Assembly: GCF_018350175.1 (NCBI RefSeq)
Contig: NC_058368.1
Location: 17,114,001 to 17,178,000, forward strand
Direction of reading: 5' to 3'
Source of the DNA: Felis catus
Lineage: Eukaryota
DNA: 64,000 bases
Shown here: positions 26,358 through 39,317 of the stretch, piece after piece
Numbering within the stretch: the first letter of the stretch is position 1
Layout: the number at the start of each line of letters is the position of its first letter
Notes under the pieces: model-generated
Seen by the model: the letters and a program-made list of their open reading frames with translations, nothing else
Told to the model about the DNA's origin: nothing
The model's database searches: none
Program-made: the position numbers and the translations under genes

Positions 26358-26551
26358 GAGAACAACTGATGGTTACCAGGGGGAGGAAGTTGGGGGATGG
26401 GTAAAATAGGTGATGGAGATTAAGGAGTACACTTGTGATGAGTACCGGATGTTGAGTATTGAATCACGAACTGTACACCTGAAACTAATATTACACTGTA
26501 GGGTAACTAACTGGAATTCAAATAAAAACTTTTAAAATTTTTAAATAAAAA
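26358..26551 (+). mobile_element. Short carnivore L1 3' end
   Basis: gagaacaactgatggttaccag...gtaactaactggaattcaaataaaaac; TSD GAATATTGA. Confidence 0.88.
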
Positions 26552-29194
26552 GGAATATTGAACCTAATTTAACATATGAATAAGTTAAAATCTAAGAATT
26601 TATAGTATAATGACACTTTAAAAATTAAAAAAGAAGAAAAAAGGAAAGCTTTTTTTTACAGAAGAACAATCTGGTGTAAATAGAAGTAGAAATAATATAT
26701 CTTAAAAATCACCAATTTGGAACCTCCAATGTAATGACTGATACAGGTATACAGAGCATCAGTGGATGCGAAAACCAGTAGATAAAAGATAGTTTGGCAA
26801 CAGGTAAAAAGTTCCTATTGAAAAATATACTTTTATCATGAAGAGACATGACAATTACAACCTTCAGTGATCAAAACAACCATCACTTAAAGTAGACAAC
26901 TCAACAGTGGGAGCCTTCCTCTGCGATAGTAAAAAAGTGAAATGCACACCATCACCTATGAAATATTTTTTTCTCTCCAAATTTAGCCTGAATCTAATCA
27001 ACTATTATACCTAACAGGATTCAGGAGGGACTTAAAATGATTAATGATGAAATAACCAGACAAATACAGAATGTGAGATGTTCTAAGAAAACTGGCTTAG
27101 ATCCTTCCAAAAGATAAAGTTAGACAGAAAAAGAGGGAGAGAGAGAATGGCTACCTCTAGACTGAATGAGTCATCATCACCAATTTCTGAATCTCAATTG
27201 GATCTTGGACCAAATAAAGTATCTACAAAAGACATTCTTAGAACAATGAGAGAGATTTGAACCAAGACTGGATATTCAACAACATTGTGAAGTAATTGTT
27301 TAATTTTCTAACGATGATAGTGTGATTATATAGCAGAATGTCCTTATTCTTAGTAAAGTCATGGTCAAGGATTTCAGAGTGAAATGTTATGATCTTTTCC
27401 AATTACTTTTATATTATATAATACATATGGCATACATAGGTCAGGGAGTAGAGGGATGATAGATAGATAGATGATAGATAGATAGATGATAGATAGAAAA
27501 AGCAAATATAAAACATTTAATACATGGAGGTAGAGAATGTGTGTGTTTATTATAACCTTTCAACTTCTCTGTATATTTGAAATTTTCATAATAAAATTTA
27601 GTAATAAAAAGATAGTCTTAGATAAAGGTAGCATAAGAAATGAAGGCAAGGCACTTTTTAGCTACTGTAAGAAAAGATGAAAGAAAGACTTTAGCAATTT
27701 TGATTCCGCATTACTGTGCAATGACAATGCTAATTAGGGGAAGTGTCTGTGAATCCTAATGGTTCTGGGTATGTTTCCTATTATATTGCGTCTTTCCTAC
27801 CTTTTATTTCTTCTTCGGTTATTATACTCTTTGCTGGAGAGAACAATCATAAAATCTAAGTCAAAAAATATAAGAGCAGGAGAAGGGCCTGTCCTGGAAG
27901 ATAATTACCAAGATTACCTTAACGCATTGTTCCACATTATTACTGTGCTTTTGCTGTGCTGATATAACTGATGTCTACTGATTTACAGACTACTACAGCA
28001 ATCTGAACTGTGCAGATTGCTAATTTACAGATTACTTGAGCAATTCAAAGTTGACACAGTGAGAACAAAACTTAAGTAACTTAAAACTGACATCACCTCA
28101 TATACTCCGAAATGAGAAGTTTAACCCCTAAAATGAACGAGTCCTTTTGTTTTCAGAATTTGAAGATAGTAGTTACCAGTATGGACCTCACACTAGTGAC
28201 GAAATGCCTGTTGGATTTACGAGCTGGGCACTCTGTCCTCATATTTCTTGATGATTTCCTTCCCTAAGCCAATTTCTAGGGCTTGAAGGGAGGCATGGGC
28301 TTTATCAAAGTCACCTTGTTTAGCGGAATCCGGCAGTACCAGCTTCTCTGAAGGTGTCAAGACGAGGTCAGCTCCAAAGATAATAACATAACGTGGAATT
28401 CAAACCAAATTCATTTTGTTTTGCACTGGCCTCCTTTCCAAAGTCTCCCAAACTGTAAGTGTAGCTTTAAGGAAGAAATGCTTTCAAAAACATACTTGTT
28501 TAAGAAACTCTACAAATAACCCCAGAGTTTTTATCAGGGCATATAGGGCATCAATTGTTACTATGAACTAACAGTATTTAGCAGTTAACATCTTGTAATC
28601 ACACACATTTCAGTCCACACTAACAAAACAGTACAACACTGCTTGCTAAATGAGTTAGTCGGGTCAGTGTGTGAACCACACCAAATAAATCATCACAATT
28701 ATTAAAGCACTGCTAAGTTTAAGGAACATATGGAGGAGTCAAAGAGATGAAACATCTCTCTCTAAACTGCAGGCTCAATCTCTCAACTATTTTCATAACA
28801 AACACTATAGTACAGTATAGTGTGGTATAGCTGTAAATCAAATATGGACTCTGACCCCCTGGGTATTTATAGTTCTATAAAAGAGATGAAACCAATTCCT
28901 AAATAGCCATAAAGCTGAGACAGCTGTGGTAAATCCTCGAGAAAGATCTTAAATAACTTCAAAATCATCTTTGATTTCTTCCCCTTTTTTCAGTTGGACC
29001 TCAAACCCAATAATCTCTACCTCTCATCTTTCTATTCACAGGGACACCACCCAAGTTTAGCTTTTTTTTTTTTTAATATTTCATTGTAACAGATCACTGT
29101 CTCCCACCATGGGATCACTCCTCTGTCCCGTCCAACTGCCACAAAAACACAGACCTAATGCTGTCATGGCCTGAACTCAGAAATAGTGACCCAC

Positions 29195-29593
29195 CAAGAA
29201 GACATCCAGGTGGCCGACAGATGCATGAAAAGATGCTCAACATTACTCATCACCAGGGAAATGCAAATCAAAACCACAATGAGACACGGCCTCACACCTG
29301 TCAGGATGGCTATTTTTAAAAAGACAAGAAATAACAAGTGATGGCGAGAATATGGAGAAAAGGAAGCCTTCATGCATTCTCGGTGGGAATGCAAACTGGT
29401 GCAGCCACTGTGGAAAACAGTACGGAAGTTCCTCAAAAAAATTAAAATAGAATTACAATATGATCAAACAATGCCATTTTGTGTATTTATCTGAAGAAAA
29501 CATATATCAAAATGATATCTGCACCTCATGTTCATTGCAGCATTATTTACAATAGCCAAGACATGGGAGCAACCTAAGTGTCCACCAATGGAT

Positions 29594-29658
<65 letters not shown>

Positions 29659-30175
29659 ATATATATATATATGTATATCACATTTCCTTTATCCATTTAT
29701 CCATTGATGAAATATTATTCAGCCATAAAAGGAAGGAAATCTTGCCATTTATGACAACATAAATGGCTTGAGGGCGTTATGCTATATGAGATATGTCAAA
29801 CAAAGAAAAAAAACCAAGCTCATAAATACAGATTGGTGGTTGTCAGAGGTGTGGGGTAGGGGGTGAACAAAATGGGTAAAGGTGAAAAGGTACAAGTTTC
29901 CAGTTATAAAATAAATAAGTCATGGGATGTACAGCATGGTGACTACAGTTAATAATACTGTATTGTATATTTAAAAGTTGCTAAGAAAGCAGATCCTAAA
30001 AGTTCTCATCACAAGATTTAAAAAAAAAAGCAACTTGTAACTATATGTGGTGGTAAATGTTAACCAGATTTACTGTGGTGATCATTTCACAATATATACA
30101 GATATCGAGTCATTATGTTGTATACATGAAACTAACAAAATGGTATATGTCAATTATATTGAAATCTTAAAAAAA
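29195..30175 (+). mobile_element. LINE-1 3' fragment with internal micro-inversion
   Basis: caagaagacatccaggtggcc... to 3' UTR and A tail; decayed TSD AGAAATAG(TG)ACCC. Confidence 0.92.
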
Positions 30176-31677
30176 GAAATAGACCCTTGTTTGTTACAAA
30201 ATGATGTATGATCCATCGGTGTAGACCCTAGTTGGGTCTACAAGACCTGGTTGGTCTTGTTATCATAAACCAAACTCGACTCCCGGCCTCATCTTCTCTG
30301 TCCCCTCGTGTCCTGCACATCCAAGACTCTAGCCTCACAAGTGTTCACTTTTCTGGTATATGCCCTGCACTGTGATGACTTTGTGTCTTTGATTATGGAG
30401 TTCATTCTGCAGGGAGTACCTTCCCTTCCCCTCATCCTCCTTCAAAGTTGGGTTTAATTCTTCAAGGTCAACTTCTCTTAAGCCTTTCCCAATGTCTCCT
30501 GTCATGATTATTCATTGTTTCCTTTGAATATTCATAGCTTTTAAATTATATCTTTTGATTATCATATTTGCACTGTGCCTTGTATTTTATTTACATAATG
30601 ATACCATACAACTTGCAAAGTACTTTTCACAAATGTCTAAAACTCACAACCGTGATTTAAGTGTAGTTCAGATGAGGGAATAGATTCATGGAATTAAATG
30701 CTATGCCCAGGTCTCACAGCCAAGTAGCCCTTCAGAAATCTTTCTTAACTATGGAACTTGTAAATCAGAGTTTCTATAGTTCTGCTTCCCCTCGTTGATC
30801 CTGGGTCCCGGGCAGGAGCCAAAACCCTGCTTATTGCCTAGAACATAGTCAACCTCAGTGCCAACTTACTGAATCATTGAGGCTCCTGCTGAAATCCCTT
30901 CCCCTGACCGCCTCTCTCTTTAGCAGAGGTCACTTCAACCCTTTGAATGAATTTATGAAGATAGAGGCCAATAATCAGAACTGAATCAAATTCACCTACT
31001 TCCTATATTGTATTCCAGGTGAAGAAACTGTGCCTTTATCCTGCTTCTGAGACAAAGACTCAAAGTAATAACCAATCTTTCCCTTTTATCTCTAGTCTTA
31101 AGTTCCTGTCTTAAAAATCTGCCCAACTACAGCAATAAACAGACACATCACAAAAGAGAAAATATACCTAATAAGCTAAAATGTAGAAAAGTATTAAGCC
31201 CCTGTTACTGATTATACACGAGTGAGGCTGTGTTGTGCGCCAGGCACAATTCTGACAAAACCCCCTGTGTCAGGTAAACACAAGAACCATTCCACTTCTC
31301 AGATGAAGAAACTGAGGCTCAAAAGGTTACATGACTTTCCCACTTCTAATAAGAGATAGAGGTAGAACTTGTCCAGAAGATACCTGAGGCATGGGACATT
31401 GTTTGTGTTTTGCCTGGTAGAATATATACACACATATATGTATGCATGTATAGATGCTTATATGCCTTTGTAGATAATTGCTAACACACAATGCTAGAAA
31501 ATGTATGTTGAAGTTGATACCCTTATATTTTCTTTTGGCAATTTTAGTTTTCCCAAGCCTTTTTAGAAAACAATACAAACTTTTTTATCATTATCCATAT
31601 CCTTTGGTGAATCTTTTTGAAATGACTGTTGCACAGTGGTTAAGAATGTTTGATTGGGAGTTAAACAGACTCTATTC

Positions 31678-31679
<2 letters not shown>

Positions 31680-31729
<50 letters not shown>

Positions 31730-31731
31730 TC
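31680..31731. repeat. (TTTC)n microsatellite
   Basis: About 12 units. Confidence 0.95.
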
Positions 31732-32889
31732 ATGCCTATAGTCTTTATTCAGATTAGCAAAATTTAAAATATCACAGTAAATTAGAACATTCTCATACAT
31801 TGCTTATGGAGTGTGAATTCCTACATTTTGAGGAAGAAACATGGCGTTATCTCTTTAAAAACAGAGAGAAAATATATTTTGACTCTACAATCTAAAACTT
31901 GGAGGTCAATCATGCAATAGAAGAGTAGCAACACATTGTATAAATGAACAAGAATGTTTATTGCAACATTGTTTGTATAATGAAGAATAAAAATTAAAGT
32001 CTGGATGGTTCTTGCACTTTTTCAACATCAGTGGCATTCTTCTTATTTGTTTTGTGACCTGGGAGGTTGATCTGTATGATTTACATCAGGACAGACTATT
32101 CTTTACTAGTCGTGTGATCGAGGGAGTATTCATTGGGGCTTTATACAGAGGTAAATAAAGCTTATATATATGTAATGTAATATCTCTCTCTCACACACAC
32201 ACACATACACATCCAACATTACACGTTTTAGGTGGGAACCAGAGACATAGAAAGGTCAGTAAATCTGCTCGCTCCTAAATGCCAGCCCTGAGCCTAAGCC
32301 CTGCCACTCACTCTCAGGCCTTCCTGGATCCCTGCACCTGCCTCTGTTGCCACATTTCATCTGTTCTTATACTCTGGTGATTTTCCTCTGCCTTTCCGAT
32401 CGTTAAACCTGCTATGGCTTATTTCATCTGTATCCTTTCCTCAGCTTACAGCATATACCCCGCAGTAAGAAACATATGAATAGGGGTTGACTTGTAATTT
32501 GGTAATCCATATAAAACAGGAACTCACAACTGAAATAAAAACCATATGGAAATTAAATTCTGACCATATTTCAACAAATAGAAGCTATTGCTTAGACACC
32601 ATATCATAATCATCTCATTATCACCAACATCATCATCATCATCACCATAATAAAATAGAGCACATTAAGTAGTATGCAAAGTTGAGCAAGGTTCTGATAG
32701 GGAAATATCAAATATTCCCATCACTTTCTTTAGGTCAGATGGGGTTCATTATCTTGGAAAATGCGACTAGCAAAAATCATAATTCTTTAGAGATTTCACC
32801 ATTGCATTTCTTTTTCAATGACTCCATTATTGATAGTAAGATTAGCAAAAGTGAAAAATTGATTATGAATATACTAAAATAATTGGAGA

Positions 32890-33170
32890 TACAGTTTATT
32901 GAGTACCTATTACATATTAGGAAGTCTGCTGTGCTATTTACATACATTATCTAAGTTAATCTTCTCAATGATTAAAGGCATAGTAGTATAGTAAATATAT
33001 GATTAGGATAGGATAGGATAGGATAGGATAGGATAGGATAGGATAGGATAGGATAATGGGTCAGGAAACTAAAGCTCAGAACAATTAAGTTATTGGCCCA
33101 TAACTGATAAGTGGAAGAACAAGGTTAACTATAGATAATTATTAAGTCCACTCTCTTTCCTCTCTGCCAC
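32890..33170 (-). mobile_element. MIR relic containing an (ATAGG)n pentanucleotide repeat at ~33005-33055
   Basis: tttattgagtacctatta...ggaaactaaagctcaga; about 10 GGATA units. Confidence 0.7.
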
Positions 33171-33251
33171 ATCTATTTAGCTGAGACATTCTTGCAATAA
33201 AGGATTAGTTTATCTTTTAAATGGAACGTTTATTTTATGCTTTATTGCTTA

Positions 33252-33949
33252 CAGACGGTCCCCGACTTCACAAGGGTTTGACTTGTGATTTTTTGACCTT
33301 ACAATCATGTGAAAACGGTAGGCATTCAGTAGGAACCACAAATCAAATTTTGAACTTGTGATCCTCTCTCATGAAGCTGGGTAATGAGCCACAGCTCCCA
33401 GACAGCCATGCAATCACGAGGGTGAACATTTGATACCCTGACAACCATTCTGTACCCATATGACCATTCTGTTTTTCACTTTCAGCACGGTATTCAAGAA
33501 ATTATGAGATATTCTGCACTTTATTATAAAAGAGGCTTTGTGTTACATGATTTTGCCCAACTGTAGGCAAATGCCAGTGTTCTGAGCACATTTAAGGTAG
33601 GCTAAGCTAAGCTATGATGTTGTGTAGTTGACGTGTGTTGAATGCATTTTCAACTTAGGACATTTTTTTTTTAATTTTATTTTTCAACATTTATTTATTT
33701 TTGAGACAGAAAGAGACAGAGCATGAACAGGGGAGGGGCAGAGAGAGAGGGAGGCACAGAATCCGAAACAGGCTGCAGGCTCTGAGCGGTCAACACAGAG
33801 CCGGACGCGGGGCTCGAACTCACAGACTGTGAGATCATGACCTGAGCCGAAGTCGGACGCTTAACCGACCAAGCCACCCAGGCGCCCCCATTTTCAACTT
33901 ATAACAGGTTTATCAGGACATAACCCCATTGTAAGTCAAAGAAGATCTG
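33252..33949 (-). mobile_element. MER47/Tigger5-type (TcMar-Tigger) DNA transposon, SINE-interrupted
   Basis: Termini cagacggtccccgactt... and ...gtaagtcaaagaagatctg form imperfect TIRs; TA on the left flank. Confidence 0.8.
33663..33888 (-). mobile_element. CAN-SINE inside the Tigger element
   Basis: Full SINE with T tail. Confidence 0.95.
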
Positions 33950-34197
33950 TGTATTCAATGTGTTGATTGTTGAAACATCTTTGATTTGCCTCTGTCTTCC
34001 AATTTTGTAAAAAGTTGACTAAATTACTACATTTACTACATTACCACAAGGTTTATTGCATTAGGTATCACAAGACCCGGGTTGTGTTTTACTCTTCCAT
34101 GTGAACTTGGACAAACCAGGACATTTTTGTGCCCCTGTTTATTTGCTATATATAATTGGGAGTCTGAACTAGGTGACTTAAGATTTTATCTAGCTCT

Positions 34198-34409
34198 GGG
34201 GCCCCTGGGTGGCTCAGTCGGTTAAGCGTCCGACTTCACCTCAGGTCACGATCTCGCGGTCCGCGAGTTCCAGCCCCGCGTCCCGCTCTGGGCTGATGGC
34301 TCAGAGCCTGGAGCCTGCTTCCGATTCTGTGCCTCCCTCTCTCTCTGCCCCTCCCCCGTTCATGCTCTGTCTCTCTCTGTCTCAAAAATAAATAAAAATT
34401 AAAAAAGAA
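34198..34409 (+). mobile_element. Young CAN-SINE
   Basis: Perfect 19-bp TSD AAGATTTTATCTAGCTCTG. Confidence 0.96.
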
Positions 34410-34668
34410 AAGATTTTATCTAGCTCTGTTATTTCTCTATTAAATCTACATTGATTCATCTTGAATTTATTCTCCAAATGGAGGAAAAATATGCAGTTCT
34501 CTCAAGAATTTTTTTTCATCAGCATAAAAGACTATTAACTCAAATAACATGATTTAAGAAAAAACAGTTTATTTAACTTGGAAGTTATGGTGACGAAGGA
34601 CTCAAAATGTTACCTGTCTACTCAAAACACCATACATAAGCTTTGTCAATGTTTTCTACTGGAAGAGA

Positions 34669-34870
34669 ATTTTTTAATTAATTATTACTTTTTTAATTTT
34701 AGAGAGAGCACATTGTGAGAGCAGGGGAGGGGCAGTGGCAGAGAGAGAGAATCTTAAGCAGGTTCCATACTCAGCATGGAGCATAGGACTCAATTCCACA
34801 ACTCTGGGATCATGACCTCAGCCAAAATCAAGAGTTGGGTGTTCAACTGACTGAGCCACCCAGGTGCCCT
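34669..34870 (-). mobile_element. CAN-SINE (older)
   Basis: Reverse-complement head gagccacccaggtgccc; GAATTTTT on both flanks. Confidence 0.9.
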
Positions 34871-35902
34871 TAGAAAGGAATTTTTAAGTCCTCAATATTA
34901 ATCACGATTTTGACACTGTGAGTCCTCAATATTTACCTATATATTACTAAAAGGTGGAAGGAAAGAGAAATGTCCACAATCAGAGCATGACATGAATTAG
35001 CAAAGACTTTGCAGCCTGCAATAGTAAATTTCAGGTCTGAGGTCCTGAGGTTTGATCTCCTTAGTCTATAGTGACTTTGTCCCAATTATCACCAATGTGA
35101 TTTGACTATCTTCACATTGAAAGAAGCGGTATCTCAGAACGTAGATGAGAAAGGCATTTGCACTAGAATTCTCACTGACATTATCAGAACCGCCCTCATC
35201 TTCCCTTCTGGGTGCCTAGCTAAAAGGCCAGCTGCGGAGTATGAATTCTCACACTCCCACATTACTCCTTCCAGGGAAATTAAAGAAATGACAGGCAACT
35301 CGTCAAAACATTTGGCATCTTAGTATCTGTGCCTCCCATATCAGTGTCTTCTCTGATGTTGTCAGGAAAGCAGGTGGTTCTACATAAGAAAGCAAGATTG
35401 GGAGCCATGAGGTTCTACTTCACTCTGTCAGTGTGATCACCTTACCTGAATTTTAGGCTCTGTCTAAGCTAGAAAGACTCTATTGTTACAAAGTAATGTC
35501 TGAAATGAATGACTAAAGAAGGCAACCACATTGTGTTAGTAGTGACTTTAATCAAAATCTTAACTTTCTACCATAAAAACATTCTGTAATGAATTAGGAA
35601 TTTGAACTAAGGAAAGGATATTTTTGTTCTACTTAAAAGCATTTAGAATTTATCTGAACTATTATCATCAGTTCCAGGCATTGTACTTTAAGAAGAAAAT
35701 GGCTAAATAGAAATATAACCAGGAGAAAATCACCAGGTGGGTAAAGGAACATGAGACCAAAGGTTGAAGTAATTGGGGGTGGGGAGGTTATCTTGGGGAA
35801 AAAAATGAATGTTCAGGAGGAAGATGATGATTATGTTCAAATATCACTTGAAAAGAAGGCTTATATTTGTTGAATAAGACCCTAAGGTTTAAAATAAACT
35901 CA

Positions 35903-36115
35903 GGGGCGTCTGGGTGGCTCAGTTGCTTAGGTGTCTGACTCTTGATTTCAGTTCAGGTCATGGGCTCACGGTTCATGGGTTTGAACTCTGTGTCAGGCTC
36001 CACGCGGGCAGTGCAGAGGCTGCTTGGGATTCTCTCTCTCCCTCTCTCTTCCTCTCCCCCACTTTCTTTCTCTCTTTCAAAATAAATAAACTTAAAAAAG
36101 TAAAATAATAAAATA
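35903..36115 (+). mobile_element. CAN-SINE
   Basis: TSD AAAATAAAC(T/C)CA. Confidence 0.92.
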
Positions 36116-37934
36116 AAATAAACCCAATGGATAAAAGTGCTAGGTAGAGAAACACTAAGTTGAGAAGGAAAAAAAATACTACTAATTTTTGGGTATCTCT
36201 GAAAAAGTAAGGGCTCCCTTGGAAGATACCGTAGTAATATATTTCCTATCACTAGAGAAAAGGTTAACAATGACCTGATGGCTAATGTAAAATGGATTCT
36301 GACACCGAATGACTGAGTGGGCCAGATGACCATTTGTGTCAATGGGAGAATCTTATTCTGTGACAACAAAGTTCTTAGACAAGTGACAAAGAGCTTCTAA
36401 ATAATGCAAATCAAGTATAGAAATAAATAAATGTTATTATTACCCCAATTACAAAATGTTTCTTTTTTCATTCTCCTTAAAAGATAACTCCGACTGATTT
36501 TTCTTTCATCCTAAAGTTCACAAAGAACATGTCAAGTAGATAAATTGTTAGAAAGAAAGTATTTATTTCCAGTTTTGTCAATTCTTTATGCAATCAACTG
36601 AAAAAAAAGTGCCCAGGACGAAGATTTCATTCATTGAAATTTTACAGAGCAAGTAGAAAAGCAAATGGAAGAAGAGAATAGTATTTAATTAAAATAAGGA
36701 AAAAGGAAAAGAAAACAAGTCTGAACAGATGCCAAACTACTAAGTAAGGAGAAATTTTAACTTTTTTACTCGTTCATAACATTTCCAATTTGTTCCAAAA
36801 ATCTGTCTTACTTTAAAAAGTTATATTTAAAATAAATTTTAAAGTAAAGCTAACAGAGAACTAACTCTTCTCCTTTGCTCAATAAATATGAATGAGTTTT
36901 GTTATAGAAGTTCTCAAAATATATGGCTTTAAATATGATTTAATTTTGGATTGTGCTCTGAATAAAATGTCTATTAAATTTAAATACATACCAAAGGGAT
37001 AACATAAGGAGAGCGAAACACTACTCCTTTCTTCATGAAGCTTATAGTCAAAGAGAAAGGGCAAGAGATACGTCCATGAAATATCTAAGGGCCAGGTTTA
37101 CCAATTAACATATGAACAGAGTGGGGGTCGTTAGAGAGTATATACTATATACATAAAAGTTAAGGATTTCTAAATAAAAGCAGAGCTAAAATTAGGTGGT
37201 GTTACATGAAAATATTCTCTGGGTGAGATAAGGACGTTAATGCAAGTTTTAAAGAAGATTAGAGACTCGGAACAAAGTTAGATTAATTGTAATCATGTGA
37301 CTCCTCCTCTATCACTCTTTTAATTATTAAATAATTTCATGGATTTTTAAAAAGAAAAGGATGCTCCTTGCCTCTGTTTCCAGATCATTTGGCTTTGATT
37401 TGCTAATTAATACTTTAGTTCAGGTTTGAGAAAAGTTTTGTTATTTAGGCTCAGGTACCCACATGATGGATGTTCTTCTTGGGCACGAGAAGTTTTAGGA
37501 CATACTGTCAAAATAAGCTTTGTCCCAACTTGCATTTGAAACAAGAGAGGTCACAGAAGGAGAGCTTGTGTTCTGCTGACTGCATTGAGTGCCCTCGCAT
37601 CCCTTGGGTAGAGATGTTGATGATGTAATAGGTAATTTCATGCATTAATAATGACCCTTACACTTTCATTACTTTTTTTTTTTGGCTTTTATTGCTTTTT
37701 TAATGAAAAGTAGTCTTGTCATTTTCTAACAGACTTAACAATTTCAAGGCTAAATTGCCCATTTGTGTGGCCTCCAAGAGCTAAGCATTCTCTAAAGGAT
37801 GACCACTACAGATTTCACTATCACTTTCGCCAAAGGAAGAGGAAAAAAGGAAGAGATGGGTTGAATGTGTACATATTACCACTTATAGCATCTGTGACAA
37901 AGAATGCACGAGGTGGCTTGATTTGCTTAAGACG

Positions 37935-38473
37935 GTTTTTTTTGTTGTTGTTGCTTTATTTAAATTCAAGTTTGCTAACATACAGTGTAGTCTTGGCTTC
38001 TGGAGTAGAACCCAGTGATTCATCTCTTACATATGACACCCAGTGCTCATCCCAAGAAGTGCCCTCCTTAATACCCGTCACTCATTTAACCCATCCCCCA
38101 CCCACCTCCCCTCCACCAACCCTCAGTTTGTTCTCTGTGTTTAAGAGTCTCTTATGGTTTCTTCCCTCTCTCTTTTTATTTTATTTTTCCTTCCCCAATG
38201 TTCATCTGTTTGTCTCTTAAATTCCACATATGAGCGAAATCATATATCTGTCTTTCTCTGACTGACTTATTTCACTTAGCATAATGTACTCTAGTTGCAT
38301 CCACGTTGTTGCAAATGGCAAGATTTCATTCTTTTTCATTGCCAAGTAGTATTCCATTGTATATATAAACCACACCTTCTTTAACCAATTTCTTACTTGG
38401 CGTGTCTCCAGAAGCAAGGGAAAGAAAACCAAAAATGAACTATAGGGACCTCATCAACATAAAAAGCTTCTGC
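37935..38473 (-). mobile_element. 5'-inverted (twin-primed) carnivore L1
   Basis: Antisense 3' end to ~38388, then sense ORF2 piece 38389-38473; TSD TGCTTAAGA. Confidence 0.9.
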
Positions 38474-38650
38474 TTAAGAGTTTTAAACCATTTTTTGCCT
38501 TTGTTTGCAGAGGTGTGGTTAGAGCAACCTGGGATTCTGGACCTGACTCCCATTAGCTTTGAGTAGTCATGATGTGTCTTGCATAGTGCTAAATGCTTTC
38601 ATACATGTTCACGCACACATCTCATTTTTAATCCCCTAAATAACCCTACA

Positions 38651-39317
38651 GTTAAGCATCCAACCTCAGCTCAGGTCATGATCTCACAGTTCATGTGTTC
38701 AAGCCCCGCATCGGGCTCTGGGCTGAGAGCTCAGAGCCTAGAACCTGCTTCAGATTCTGTGTCTCCCTCTCCCTCTCTCTGCCCCTCCCCTGCTTGTGCT
38801 CTCCCTCTCTCTCAAAAATACATAACCATGTGGGGCATCTGGGTGGCTCAGTCAATTAAGCTTGGGACTTTGGCTCAGGTCATGATCTCAAAGTCACTGA
38901 GTTTGAGCACTGCGTCAGGCTCTGTGCTGACAGCTCAGAGCCTGGAGCCTGCTTCAGATTCTGTGTCTCCCTCTTTCTCTGCCCCTCCTCTACTTGTGCT
39001 CCCTCTCTCTCTCTCTTTCTTTCTCTCTCCCAAAAATAAAAAAACATTAAAAAAAATTAAGGGGTGACTGCATGGGTCAGTCAGTTAAACATCCAACTTC
39101 CGCTCAGGTCATGATCTCACAGTCCATGGGTTCAAGCCCCACATCGGGCTCTGTGTTGACAGCTCGGAGCCTGGAGCCTGCTTCAGATTCTGTGTCTCCC
39201 TCTCTCTCTGTTCTTCCTCCATTCACACTCTGTCTCTCTCTCTGTCTCTGTCTCTCTCTCTCAAAAGTAAATAAAAAATTTTTTAAATTAAAAAATAAAT
39301 ATTTAAAAATAAAGAAG
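38651..39317 (+). mobile_element. Three head-to-tail CAN-SINEs (38651-38820, 38832-39060, 39061-39317) inside a MIR
   Basis: Three consecutive SINE bodies; outer TSD TAA(C/T)CCTACA. Confidence 0.93.

Larger units (their letters stand above)
23082..27605 (+). mobile_element. Old L1 (L1MC-like) ORF2 end plus long 3' UTR, split by later insertions
   Basis: ggatggatttctt|aataaatg; gacaaaagatatgaacacag; gcctagaagcaacgactcaccagtagccacgagca; ends tttgaaattttcataataaaa. Confidence 0.65.

Noticed and set aside
28157..28380. Exon-like or coding-like stretch (acceptor ttttgttttcag; ~53 open codons on the minus strand)
   Set aside because: No donor or start codon fits and neither peptide is recognisable.
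33646..33901. Apparent 13-bp TSD CATTTTCAACTTA around the SINE
   Set aside because: As I recall, the host MER47/Tigger5 end already contains this internal repeat, so the true TSD is probably only about CATTTT.
34887..34933. 13-bp direct repeat AGTCCTCAATATT with a short spacer (similar small duplications at 12484, 22644 and 46257)
   Set aside because: Ordinary local micro-duplications with no evidence of function.
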